A stretch of DNA of 64,000 nt from Stegostoma tigrinum (Eukaryota), in contig NW_026728278.1 in the NCBI RefSeq assembly GCF_030684315.1, forward strand, positions 62,001-126,000, read 5' to 3'. Under the pieces are notes generated by a model. It did not search any database. It saw nothing but the letters and a program-made list of their open reading frames with translations, and was not told the origin of the DNA. Every line of letters begins with the position of its first letter. The first letter of the stretch is position 1. The position numbers were made by a program, and so were the translations under genes. Positions 1 through 12,898 of this stretch are shown here, piece by piece.

Positions 1-2279
1 GAGCAGGAGCCCTGGCTGAGTTCCCCTCTCTGACATCTTGAAGAATCTTGGGTGATGCTTGTTCCCAAGAGAAGGCTAACGCCCCAAGTGGACAGCTCAG
101 TGGGTTCACAGTGAGGGAGTCTTATAAAGAATCTTCCCCCGCCTCACCAAGCAAACAGCTGCTGCGCCACTGAAGGCTCCTTTGTTCCCATCCACAGCAC
201 TGACCAACTCACAGCTCCTTCAAGGAGAGGGCCTGTCCCTCCGCATCTGCCTGAGCCCACCACAAGGCTTCCACACCGAAGAAAACAGACTCCACCTCAC
301 TGCCAAGTCAACACCTTGACTCCAATAAAACCAGGAAGGGGGAGGCGGCCCTCACTTGTGCTACTCACGGGCAACCGGGTTCCATTGCCTCCACTGCCCA
401 GGGGAGGTACGTCAAGGCAACACAGCCAGACTGTCACCCCTCTGTCCCACCCGCAAGACGTTCTGGCTCGATTTCCCCAGCTCTGTAAATGCTCCTAAAC
501 AGGGGTGAACGGAAACAGGTCGGTGCAAGCACAGTACGCACACCCTTTGTTAACTCTTGCCTGCGTTGTCCTGACATATGCTATGCTACCCTGAGGCAAT
601 GGGGGGGGGGGGGGGGGGGGGGGGGGAATAGAGAAAGACAAGGCCTGTCAGCAGGCAGCATCGTGACACCAGTTAGAATTCCTCACTAAGCCTCCACACT
701 TGGTTTCAGCGACTGTTTCATTTCTCTGTGACTGCCACACTCTCTCNNNNNNNNNNNNNNNNNNNNNNNNNNNNNNNNNNNNNNNNNNNNNNNNNNNNNN
801 NNNNNNNNNNNNNNNNNNNNNNNNNNNNNNNNNNNNNNNNNNNNNNNNNNNNNNNNNNNNNNNNNNNNNNNNNNAAAGGCTCAGCTGGTAGGGGGGGAGA
901 ATGCGGAAGGCCTGCACTCATTGGCGAGCCTGTTCCAATCTCCTCCTCCTCACAGGCCCCTGGCACCCTCATCGAGCTACTCCAAAAGGGTACTAAAGGC
1001 AGCGGGGAGGGGGAAGTGGGGGGGGGCACTTGGAAGCCTCCTCCGCCTCTCCCCCCCCACCCCACCACAAATCCTCATGACTCAACGATTCACCCGGGGA
1101 GGGGTTGGAGGATAAGGGGTGGCGAGCCAGGCAGACACCCAGTCACAGCAGTCCTGAATGGGATTGTGGTTGGCCCCCTGGGTACCCAGAGACACACTGG
1201 CTTGGAGAAGACAGCAACAAAGCCAGGTGTCAGTGGATGGGGGAAAGGGGTGCCGGAACCTGCTCAATTCCAAACAGCGCGTTCTTTTGCTTATTTTCTT
1301 TCTCCGTTGAAAAAAAATCAAGACATAAAACAGAACCAAGCCTGCGCCAACGTGACCCACACTTTAAAAATCATTTGTCTTTCTTTTTACAAAAAAAACA
1401 AGGTAGTTTCATCAGCAAATATACAGTTCCACCTGTGTTTCTTCTGTTGGCAAATTATAATTCACTAGACATGATTAAAGACATGGATGCCTGATCTACA
1501 CGGCCCTCCAGCACAGGGTGGGGTGGGGCAGCGCAGCGGGCTGATGCAATGCTGTGCAGATTCCCTCGGGGTGGGGTATCTATGGGTGTGTGTGTGTGTG
1601 TGTCTGTGTGTTGGGGACGGGGTGCATGTGTGTGGGGCAGGGGTTTGAAAACAACAGATTGCACTGTGACCCTCCCTGCCACCCCCATAACTCAGCATTG
1701 CTGGGGAAGGTTGCATCTCACAGAGTCTGCCCACACTCTACTGGGACCAACAACCCCCACCCCACCCCACCACTTCCAGAGGTGGGAAAAACCCCACCCA
1801 ATCAGGCCCACAGCCACGCAATCCCTAAACCTCGCCTGCTCCCTGGAATGTGCTGCATCTGAGTGGACGTTATGGTGGGGCCTAGGGTGGCAGGTACAGG
1901 GGGCGCTTAGGGGCCGGTGTGTCCATCCCACAGCACCCACGTCTTTGGATGAAGTGACGTGCAGTCCACGGTCTCGGCCGCGAGTCTCCCAGCTTATCCC
2001 GTGCACGCTGAGCTGAAGAAGATCTGAGGAGCAAGCTGATACTCGAAATGGGCAAAGGGGAAGAGGTTGCTGGTTCTGGGAGAGCAACTAGTAGCCATGG
2101 GGAATGCAACTTGGCTGGTGGCCAGGTGCGACGTCTGGGGTGGTGCTGGTGGGTGGACGGGGGTGGGGAAGATGTGCAATTCTGCAAGGGGTTGGGGTGG
2201 AGTGGCAGAAGTCTCACAGTGGGCAGAGAGGGAGAGGGTGGTGGGTGAGGGGGGGGGGTGGGTGGCTGAGAGGCCGGGA

Positions 2280-4508
2280 CGGGGGAGAGAGAGGCCGGGG
2301 GGGGGGGGGGGAGAGAGAGGCCGGGGGGGGGGGGGGGGGAGAGAGAGGCGGGGGGGGGGGGGGGGGGGGAGAGGAGGGGTGGGGAGAGGAGGGGTGGGGA
2401 GAGGAGAGAGAGGAGAGGAGAGAGAGGGGGGGAGAGAGGGGGGGGGGGGAGAGAGGGGGGGTGGGGGTGGGGGAGAGAGGGGGGTGGGGGGGGAGAGAGG
2501 GGGGTGAGAGAGGAGAGGGGGGGAGAGAGGAGAGGGGGGGGGAGAGAGGAGAGGGGGGGGAGAGAGGAGAGGGGGGGGAGAGAGGAGAGGGGGGGGAGAG
2601 AGGAGAGGGGGGGGAGAGAGGAGAGGGGGGGGGGAGAGAGGAGAGGGGGGGGAGAGAGGAGAGGGGGGGGAGAGAGGAGAGGGGGGGGGAGAGAGGAGAG
2701 GGGGGGGAGAGAGGAGAGGGGGGGGGAGAGAGGAGAGGGGGGGGGAGAGAGGAGAGGGGGGGAGAGGAGAGGGGGGGGAGAGAGGAGAGGGGGGGAGAGA
2801 GAGGGGGGGGAGAGAGAGAGGCCGGGGGGGGGGGGGAGAGGAGGGGTGGGGAGAGGAGGGGTGGGAGAGGAGAGAGAGGGAGAGGAGAGAGAGGGGGGGG
2901 AGAGAGGGGGGGGGGAGAGAGGGGGGGGGGAGAGAGGGGGGGGGGAGAGAGGGGGGGAGAGAGGGGGGGGGAGAGAGGGGGGGGGAGAGAGGGGGGGGAG
3001 AGAGGGGGGGGGAGAGAGGGGGGGTGGGGGGGGAGAGAGGGGGGGTGGGGGGGGAGAGAGGGGGGTGAGAGAGGAGAGGGGGGGAGAGAGGAGAGGGGGA
3101 GGGAGAGAGGAGAGGGGGGGGGAGAGAGGAGAGGGGGGGGGAGAGAGGAGAGGGGGGGGGAGAGAGGAGAGGGGGGGGGAGAGAGGAGAGGGGGGGGGAG
3201 AGAGGAGAGGGGGGGGGAGAGAGGAGAGGGGGGGGAGAGAGGAGAGGGGGGGAGAGAGGAGAGGGGGGGGGAGAGAGGAGAGGGGGGGGGAGAGAGGAGA
3301 GGGGGGAGAGAGGAGAGGGGGGGGAGAGAGAGGGGGGGGAGAGAGAGAGGCCGGGGGGGGGGGGGAGAGGAGGGGTGGGGAGAGGAGGGGTGGGGAGAGG
3401 AGAGAGAGGGAGAGGAGAGAGAGGGAGAGGAGAGAGAGGGGGGGAGAGAGGGGGGGGAGAGAGGGGGGGTGGGGGGGGGAGAGAGGGGGGGTGGGGGGGT
3501 GAGAGAGGAGAGGGGGGAGAGAGGAGAGGGGGGGAGAGAGGAGAGGGGGGGGGAGAGAGGAGAGGGGGGGGGAGAGAGGAGAGGGGGGGGAGAGAGGAGA
3601 GGGGGGGGAGAGAGGAGAGGGGGGGGGAGAGAGGAGAGGGGGGGGGGAGAGAGGAGAGGGGGGGGGAGAGAGGAGAGGGGGGGGAGAGAGGAGGGGGGGG
3701 AGAGAGGAGAGGGGGGGGGAGAGAGGAGAGGGGGGGGAGAGAGGAGAGGGGGGGGGAGAGGAGAGGGGGGGGGAGAGAGGAGAGGGGGGGGAGAGAGGAG
3801 AGGGGGGGGNNNNNNNNNNNNNNNNNNNNNNNNNNNNNNNNNNNNNNNNNNNNNNNNNNNNNNNNNNNNNNNNNNNNNNNNNNNNNNNNNNNNNNNNNNN
3901 NNNNNNNNNNNNNNNNNNNNNNNNNNNNNNNNNNNNNNNNNNNNNNNNNNNNNNNNNNNNNNNNNNNNNNNNNNNNNNNNNNNNNNNNNNNNNNNNNNNN
4001 NNNNNNNNNNNNNNNNNNNNNNNNNNNNNNNNNNNNNNNNNNNNNNNNNNNNNNNNNNNNNNNNNNNNNNNNNNNNNNNNNNNNNNNNNNNNNNNNNNNN
4101 NNNNNNNNNNNNNNNNNNNNNNNNNNNNNNNNNNNNNNNNNNNNNNNNNNNNNNNNNNNNNNNNNNNNNNNNNNNNNNNNNNNNNNNNNNNNNNNNNNNN
4201 NNNNNNNNNNNNNNNNNNNNNNNNNNNNNNNNNNNNNNNAGAGGGGGGGGAGAGAGGGGGGGAGAGAGGGGGGGGAGGGGGGGGGGGAGGGGGGGGGGGA
4301 GAGAGGGGGGGGAGAGAGGGGGGGGAGAGAGGGGGGGGAGAGAGGGGTGGGAGAGGGGGGGGGGAGAGGGGGGGGAGAGGGGGGGGTGAGAGGGGGGGGA
4401 GAGGGGGTGGGAGAGGGGGGAGGGGAGAGGGGGGGGAGAGGGGGGGAGAGGGGGGTGGGGAAGAGTGGGGGGGGAAGAAGGGGGGGGGAGAGAGGGGGGG
4501 GAGAGAGA
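2280..4508. repeat. G/A-only tract (GGGGGGGAGAGAGGAGA)n, gapped
   Basis: Direct inspection; lies in the RBM10 intron after the 74-nt exon. Confidence 0.95.
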
Positions 4509-5413
4509 NNNNNNNNNNNNNNNNNNNNNNNNNNNNNNNNNNNNNNNNNNNNNNNNNNNNNNNNNNNNNNNNNNNNNNNNNNNNNNNNNNNNNNNNNNNN
4601 NNNNNNNNNNNNNNNNNNNNNNNNNNNNNNNNNNNNNNNNNNNNNNNNNNNNNNNNNNNNNNNNNNNNNNNNNNNNNNNNNNNNNNNNNNNNNNNNNNNN
4701 NNNNNNNNNNNNNNNNNNNNNNNNNNNNNNNNNNNNNNNNNNNNNNNNNNNNNAGAGGGGTGAGATGGATGGAAAGAATGCGAGTGGGGCAGGAGGATGA
4801 ATGCAGGAAAAGAATGACAGCAAGGAACAGAATGAGAGCAGGCAAAGTGGGGGCGACAGAGTGAGAGGGGGCAGAGGCTGAGAAGGTAGTGAGGGGTGGG
4901 TTAGGGGAGTTGGTATGGGATGGAGGATGAGGAAGACGGGAGAGGCACGGGAGGGGGAAAGGGGAAGGGATAAGGGGAAGAGAGTGAGTGAGGACCAAGG
5001 TAGGTAGAGGAGGCAGGAGGAGAACAGTGAGGGAGAGTGGTGGATGACAGGGTTGGCAGGGACGGCAAGGGGAGAGAGGGTGGGGGATACAGAAAGAAGG
5101 CAGAAATAGAGAGAGGGGGAGATGAGAGGGCAAGAGAGAGAAAGAGAGAGACAGGGAGCAGGAGATAGGAAAGACGAGGGAATTGGAACTGAGGGAGTGC
5201 AAACGAGATGATGGGAGGCGGGAGGTTTTGTGGCGTGAACAAGCCAGTGGGGTGGTAACTGCAGTAAGTGCAGCAAAGGGGGCGACCTGGGTGGTCAGTG
5301 CCCTCAGCGAGCTGATGTGGCCGTGTGAACCAGGCATTGGGGTCTCCCAACTAACAGAGATGGTACTTGTGTGTGAGTGTGTGTCTGTGTGTGTTCAAAT
5401 GCAGCAGAGCAAC

Positions 5414-5487
5414 CTGATTGGCTTCCATCCATCTGGTAGCGTCCTGCAAGTGATTAAACTCCACGAAGGCGAAACCACGGCTCTGAC
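5414..5487 (-). CDS. RBM10: RBM10 coding exon (RRM1, RNP1 motif), 74 nt
   Basis: tctccag|GT CAG AGC CGT GGT TTC GCC...GCC AAT CAG|gttgct gives (G)[24 protein letters not shown], nearly identical to human RBM10 [25 protein letters not shown]. Phase 1 start matches the preceding exon. Confidence 0.95.
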
Positions 5488-6244
5488 CTGGAGACAGCAT
5501 TCAAATACAGACGGAGTGTGTTAGTTCATCACAACAAAGGAGCCTTTCCTCAGCATGCCTCAGAAACCCTGTTTGCACGGGCAAGTCTGATGTAGTGACG
5601 GGAAGGGGCGAATAAAATGACAGTGACCAGCTCCAGGGCAGCCTGGCCCCTCTGGACGGGCGTGAACTACCTCCGAAGCAGGGAGACCACCACCCCCCAC
5701 CCCACAACCCTCCTCCATCTCCTCTCCCCAACATCCCAGAGCCACCAAGAGCTGGGAGGAAGCAAAACGCCAGCCCGTGACGCAATGATCCCCTCCAACG
5801 ACCAGCTGAAACAAACACAGGATTCCCCGCTCAGTCCCAGCGCAGACTGCTATTGACCCACAAATTGAAGACAACTAAAAAAACCTTCCTTCCTCAACAG
5901 GACAACTGAAGTGCAAGCACACAACGGAGAGAAAAGCCACTTCACCTCACCGCCTCAGAGCCATATACGGAACACACAACAGGAACGTCAATTTAGATTG
6001 CTGTGCAGAGATGCACACCGACCAAGCCAGCCCTTGGCTGCTGACGTCAGTGATAGAGGGACAGGCTGTGGTGCCTTACTTACACAGGCCAGCTTGGGAC
6101 CTGACCTCTGAAAATAGCAAACAGCAAGACTGTGGATTCGGTCTTACCTGGCCACCTGCACCTTCTGTGCAAATTACACTGTACCCAGCTCCACCAATCC
6201 ACTCAACAGCAGACAGCTTCCTAACCTACACTGGCCAGTACAGA

Positions 6245-9200
6245 AGTGCGGGCGGGGCGTTATATCACTGGACAGTGATACAAGATACCGAGGTGGGGGT
6301 GTGGTTTATCACTGGACAGTGATCCAGGTTATGGCTGTGCGGAGGTTTATATCACTCGACAGTAACCCAGGGTACAGGAGAGTGGGGGGGTGTATCACTG
6401 GACAGCAAGCCAGGGTACAGGAGAGTGGGGATTATATCACGGGACAGTGAACCAGGGTGCGGGAGAGTGGGGATTATATCACGGGACAGTGAACCAGGGT
6501 ACAGGAGAGTGGGGGGTGTATCACTGGACAGCAAGCCAGGGTGCGGAGAGTGGGGATTATATCACGGGACAGTGAACCAGGGTACAGGAGAGTGGGGGGG
6601 TGTATCACTGGACAGCAAGCCAGGGGGCGGGAGAGTGGGGATTATATCACGGGGCAGCAAACCAGGGGGCGGGAGAGTGGGGATTACATCACGGGACAGC
6701 GAGCCAGGGGGCGGGAGAGTGGGGATTATATCACGGGGCAGCGAACCAGGGTGCGGGAGAGTGGGGATTATATCACGGGGCAGCAAACCAGGGGGCGGGA
6801 GAGTGGGGATTATATCACGGGGCAGCGAACCAGGGTGCGGGAGAGTGGGGATTATATCACGGGGCAGCGAACCAGGGTGCGGGAGAGTGGGGATTATATC
6901 ACGGGACAGTGAACCAGGGTGCGGGAGAGTGGGGATTATATCACGGGGCAGCGAGCCAGGGTGCGGGAGAGTGGGGATTATATCACGGGGCAGCGAACCA
7001 GGGTGCGGGAGAGTGGGGATTATATCACGGGACAGCAAACCAGGGTGCGGGAGAGTGGGGATTATATCACGGGACAGTGAACCAGGGTGCGGGAGAGTGG
7101 GGATTATATCACGGGACAGCAAACCAGGGTGCGGGAGAGTGGGGATTATATCACGGGACAGTGAACCAGGGTGCGGGAGAGTGGGGATTATGTCACTGGA
7201 CAGCGAGCCAGGGGGGCGGGAGAGTGGGGATTATATCACGGGGCAGCGAACCAGGGTGCGGGAGAGTGGGGATTATATCACGGGGCAGTGGGGATTATAT
7301 CACGGGACAGCGAACCAGGGTGCGGGAGAGTGGGGATTATATCACGGGACAGTGAACCAGGGTGCGGGAGAGTGGGGATTATATCACGGGACAGTGAACC
7401 AGGGTGCGGGAGAGTGGGGATTATGTCACTGGACAGCGAGCCAGGGGGCGGGAGAGTGGGGATTATATCACGGGGCAGCGAACCAGGGTGCGGGAGAGTG
7501 GGGATTATATCACGGGGCAGTGGGGATTATATCACGGGACAGCGAACCAGGGTGCGGGAGAGTGGGGATTATATCACGGGACAGTGAACCAGGGTGCAGG
7601 AGAGTGGGGATTACATCACGGGACAGCGAGCCAGGGGGCGGGAGAGTGGGGATTATATCACGGGGCAGCGAACCAGGGTGCGGGAGAGTGGGGATTATAT
7701 CACGGGACAGTGGGGATTAAATCACGGGACAGCGAACCAGGGTGCGGGAGAGTGGGGATTATATCACGGGACAGTGGGGATTATATCACGGGACAGTGAA
7801 CCAGGGTGCAGGAGAGTGGGGATTACATCACGGGACAGCGAGCCAGGGGGCGGGAGAGTGGGGATTATATCACGGGGCAGCGAACCAGGGTGCGGGAGAG
7901 TGGGGATTATATCACGGGACAGTGGGGATTATATCACGGGACAGCGAACCTGGGTGCGGGAGAGTGGGGATTATATCACGGGGCAGCGAACCAGGGTGCG
8001 GGAGAGTGGGGATTATATCACGGGGCAGTGGGGATTATATCACGGGACAGCGAACCAGGGTGCGGGAGAGTGGGGATTATATCACGGGGCAGTGAACCTG
8101 GGTGCGGGAGAGTGGGGATTACATCACGGGACAGCGAGCCAGGGGGCGGGAGAGTGGGGATTATATCACGGGGCAGCGAACCAGGGTGCGGGAGAGTGGG
8201 GATTATATCACGGGGCAGTGGGGATTATATCACGGGACAGCGAACCAGGGTGCGGGAGAGTGGGGATTATATCACGGGACAGTGAACCTGGGTGCGGGAG
8301 AGTGGGGATTACATCACGGGACAGCGAGCCAGGGGGCGGGAGAGTGGGGATTATATCACGGGGCAGCGAACCAGGGTGCGGGAGAGTGGGGATTATATCA
8401 CGGGGCAGTGGGGATTATATCACGGGACAGCGAACCAGGGTGCGGGAGAGTGGGGATTATATCACGGGACAGTGAACCAGGGTACAGGAGAGTGGGGGGG
8501 TGTATCACTGGACAGCAAGCCAGGGTGCGGGAGAGTGGGGATTACATCACGGAACAGCAAGCCAGGTTGCGGGAGAGTGGGGATTATGTCACTGGACAGT
8601 GAACCAGGGTGCGGGAGAGTGGGGATTATATCACGGGACAGTGAACCAGGGTGCGGGAGAGTGGGGATTATATCACGGAACAGCGAACCAGGGTGCGGGA
8701 GAGTGGGGATTATATCACGGGACAGTGAACCAGGGTGCGGGAGAGTGGGGATTATATCACGGGACAGTGAACCAGGGTGCGGGAGAGTGGGGATTATATC
8801 ACGGGACAGTGAACCAGGGTGCGGGAGAGTGGGGATTATATCACGGGACAGCAAACCAGGGTGCGGGAGAGTGGGGATTATATCACGGAACAGCGAACCA
8901 GGGTGCGAGAGAGTGGGGATTATATCACGGGACAGCAAACCAGGGTGCGGGAGAGTGGGGATTATGTCACTGGACAGTGAACCAGGGTGCGGGAGAGTGG
9001 GGATTACATCACGGAACAGCGAACCAGGGTGCGGGAGAGTGGGGATTATATCACGGGACAGTGAACCAGGGTGCGGGAGAGTGGGGATTATATCACGGGA
9101 CAGTGAACCAGGGTGCGGGAGAGTGGGGATTATATCACGGGGCAGTGAACCAGGGTGCGGGAGAGTGGGGATTATATCACGGGACAGTGAACCAGGGTGC

Positions 9201-9525
9201 GGGAGAGTGGGGATTATATCACGGGGCAGTGAACCAGGGTGCGGGAGAGTGGGGATTATATCACGGAACAGCGAACCAGGGTGCGGGAGAGTGGGGATTA
9301 TATCACGGGACAGTGAACCAGGGTGCGGGAGAGTGGGGATTATATCACGGGACAGTGAACCTGGGTGCGGGAGAGTGGGGATTATATCACGGAACAGCGA
9401 ACCAGGGTGCGGGAGAGTGGGGATTATATCACGGGACAGTGAACCAGGGTGCGGGAGAGTGGGGATTATATCACGGGGCAGTGAACCAGGGGGCGGGAGA
9501 GCGGGGGTTGTATCACTGGACAGTA
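6245..9525. repeat. 42-bp minisatellite with higher-order structure
   Basis: Unit gagagtggggattatatcacgggacagtgaaccagggtgcgg; 14-aa periodicity in the ORF track. Confidence 0.97.
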
Positions 9526-11434
9526 TTCTAATGAAGTGGCAGTGAAGTTGTCAGATTGCTGTACAAATGCACTCTTAAAGTGATGTTTGCCAATACTGCC
9601 TGCTCTGGGACAGCGCCTCAGGAACGCACACCGCCAGAAATCCACCCACCCGTCTGCAGAGTGCTCCATCATCGCAACCCTAGATGGCCAACGTTTTTCA
9701 GTCCTACCTGCAAGGCCCACGTGGTGAGCGTGAAGCATTTCGCGTGGTGAAGGAAGGAACAGCCGTGATCAGCAGGGGGGCAAGGGGCTGGGCCTTCTCT
9801 TCCCCAACAACCCCCACCCGCCTGTCGAAACCCCGTACTTGCCCGTGCAAAGAGAGTGACCCTGCTCTGCCGAGTCTCATCTGCGCACAGCCCTGCCTGT
9901 GCTGCACTTCCACCAGCCCCAACCCGGGCCCTCCCTCCACATCCACCTCTTCCCCCACCCCAATACCCAGGTCAGAGGGCGCCCGAAGCACGCAAGCCCC
10001 TCCAAGTGAATGTGAGGGACCGTGCCCGGGCCTAGCTTGCCCTCGTAAGAAACACATGGTAGGAACCATTTTACTGCACCACAGCTCAACGGGATGGGAA
10101 GGGTAGGGGAGTCAGGGTGATGGCGGGCAATGCATCCAAGAACACAAATGGCATGAACCATGTAACTTACCAGCTTACCTTGGATAATAACAAGCCACCA
10201 TAACTCCATCACACCCCACACACAAAAAACAAAATCGACAAATTTCAATAAGGTGTGACACCCTTTTCTTTTACAAAAGAAACACACTCAATTCAAAGGA
10301 GCAGATCCAAAAAAGAAGTGTGAATCTTTGACCGTTTGAACCTGATAAACTATTAAAGGTGAATAGATGGGGTTGTGAACTGCATGAACTCAAGGGAGAA
10401 AGGAACAAGAAGGGCAGGTTGGCGCGGGTGGTATTGAGGGCGCTGGAAGAGACTCATGGCAGAGAAATAACAAAACGACTGCTGGTTTCACATTCACCCC
10501 GCTCTCTCTGCGGCCAGAGGAAGACGCTTCTCCTGATCAAATTTATGAGCGACTATCTTACATTGACAGATCCCTGTCTCCCTGGTCTCCCCACCCCACA
10601 CACAAGTGGAAACATCTCACCGGCGACCTGCTCCAACTCTCCCCCTCGCCATTGCAAAGACCTGAAGCGCTCCCTTTCCCAGAGAACGAGCCCCAGCCTG
10701 TCTGACCCTTTCCTGGCCGTTACAACACCCTCAGGCCTGGGGTTACCTTCTCAAATCTATTTTGATTGCACCTTGTGGCCAAATATACAAACATCTGCTG
10801 CAATCCTGTGCTCCCGTGTGTTTGGGACAGTGTGGAGCCCAAAACAGTTTGAAGGTGTCCTGTGCTTGGCAATCTTAGAGCAAGCTTTTTAAAAAGGTGA
10901 GACGAATGCAACATTCAAGAACTCTAGGCCCTGCTTCGGGATAGGCAGTGGGGATCGGGAGAGGAGCCTACAATAACCTAGTTACACGTACAAGTTAGGC
11001 CCCACTCAACACAATTGTGGCTGATTTGATCGCTGCACATTCCCACTAATGTGATCAACATTTTATTCGCCCACCTTTGCCTTTGGTGAATCTCTACTCC
11101 CCCCTGTCCGTCCTCAACCGCGCCCGGCCCAAAAGAATATCCGAAGGCTCTGCACCTGCGCGCAACCCCCCCACCCCCAACTCTCTCAGGCTCTTAGGTG
11201 CTCTCTCTTACTCTTGAACCCCAGTGGATAATAAGCCCAACCTTACCTTGATCCGCCCAATCCTGGTAATACTCTCAATGACCTTCCCTGAACTGCCTCC
11301 AACACACTAACATTTCCTTCCTTAAGTAACAAGACCACTACCACACACAGTACTCCAGATACGGTCTCTGTACACCTCCCAACTCTTGTATCATTTCAGC
11401 ACGAACGACAAACAATAACATTCTATCACTTCTG

Positions 11435-11535
11435 TGATGGGGCAACTGGACTCAAAACGTTAACTCTTGATTTCTCTCCACAGATGCTTCCAGTCCGACT
11501 GAGCTTTTCCAGCAAATTCTGGTTTTGTTTCTCGC
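11435..11535. mobile_element. Short Penelope-like terminal fragment (similar piece at about 40220-40265)
   Basis: gactcaaaacgttaactc...ccacagatgct...ctgagcttttccagcaaattctggttttgttt; resemblance recalled from chondrichthyan repeats, not verified by search. Confidence 0.45.
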
Positions 11536-11915
11536 ATTCTATCAGCGTTTCCTATTATTAAATGTATCTGCAAACTGAATTTGCAGATAATTTGCTTTTC
11601 TGAGTTGCTTTGGGGAGGGGACAGCAAGGGTAGAAGTGTATTATTCAAAAATGCAAAGCCAGGCACTGGCTGTGGGAAGAGTTTGGGCAGGGTGTAGGGG
11701 AGGAGACAAACAGGTTGAAAAGATTCCTCCTTGGAAGAGCACAGCCAACATCAGGCTCCTCAGGGTTTCCACCCTCAACCACGCGTAATAACTTCCACCA
11801 CAGTCTATTCAGCAATCTAGAACCACTCACTGGAACAGAGCGAGAAAGGAGGGGCTGCGGGGAGCGCGTGCAGGGGCTGCAGAGATCTCTTACAGAACCA
11901 TCAACAGACTCTCAC

Positions 11916-11985
11916 CTGAAGATTTGTTCCTCATTAGGCGCACCTCCCGAGGCTGGTAGCCAGCGTACTGCAGCTGGAGCCGGAT
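11916..11985 (-). CDS. RBM10: RBM10 coding exon (RRM1), 70 nt
   Basis: tttcag|ATC CGG CTC...AAA TCT TCA G|gtgag gives IRLQLQYAGYQPREVRLMRNKSS(G). REVRLMRNKSSG is the RBM10-type sequence. Confidence 0.95.
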
Positions 11986-12724
11986 CTGAAATCAGACAGG
12001 AAGAGGCAACAAACTCTAATAATGTCCAACAAATTCCGCACACCTCCCGCTCCCAGGGTGGGGAAGCACGGGTGGCCCAACAGTCAGCGGACAAAAGGGG
12101 CAGCTACAGCATGGGGTTAGGTTGAGGGTGAAGCTGCCCTCTAACTCTTCTAAGCTGAAAGTAAAGCTACCTCCACACTGCCGCCAAACACTCCCAGGGA
12201 CATGGACAGCACGGGGTTAGATACAGAGTACAGCTGTTCCCCCCCCATCAAACATTCCCAGGGACAGCGGGGTTAGATACAGAGTAAAGCTCCCCCTACA
12301 CTGTCCCTAACCATCGTGTTGGGTGACAGCGGGGGGTGGATTACCAACTCATAAATCACTCAGGGTTTTAATCTGGGGCTCTGCACGAGACCACAGTGCT
12401 GCATCTCAATCCTTAAGTGTAAGGTTTGATTCCCCATCTGCCAGAGGTGTGTGTTACCAGAGCCAGCTTTATTGCATGCACAGCTCCTGGTTTGTCAGTT
12501 TAATCGTCAGGGAGGAGAGAGAGTGGGTCCCCGCAGGCGAACCAGAGAACCCTGCAGATGAATAGGCTGCACGACAGTAGGGGGTTGGCCGGGAGGCTGT
12601 CTTCACATAAAGCACCATTATATCCTTGAGTTCATTTCTGGCACTGGACGTTGAATGAAGAGATGGATGCTAAGATAACTGAGACAGAAGGTTCAGGCCC
12701 CTGTTTTCTCTCTCACACACGTAC

Positions 12725-12898
12725 ATCATTTTCGGTGGCTGACTGAGGCAGCATCCGGAGCATTATGATCTTGCTGGCTTTCTCATCGCCAGACTCGCTC
12801 CTGTAGTCCTGGTCCCTGTAGTCTCCATCGCCTGGGAAGCTGAAGGCCTCTTCTGTGTTCTCGTAGCTTTTGTAACTGTCACTGTCCTCTCTGTATTC
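12725..12898 (-). CDS. RBM10: RBM10 coding exon, 174 nt
   Basis: ctgcag|GAA TAC...GAA AAT GAT|gtac gives EYREDS...[38 protein letters not shown], matching RBM10 [10 protein letters not shown]...[20 protein letters not shown]. Confidence 0.95.

Noticed and set aside
1882-5337. 1151-aa Pro/Ser/Leu ORF and the opposite-strand Gly/Glu/Arg ORFs
   Set aside because: Translation of a G/A tract and N gaps inside an RBM10 intron.
6425-9545. Long 14-aa-repeat ORFs, or a CRISPR-like array
   Set aside because: Head-to-tail minisatellite with no unique spacers, open in several frames, in a eukaryotic intron.
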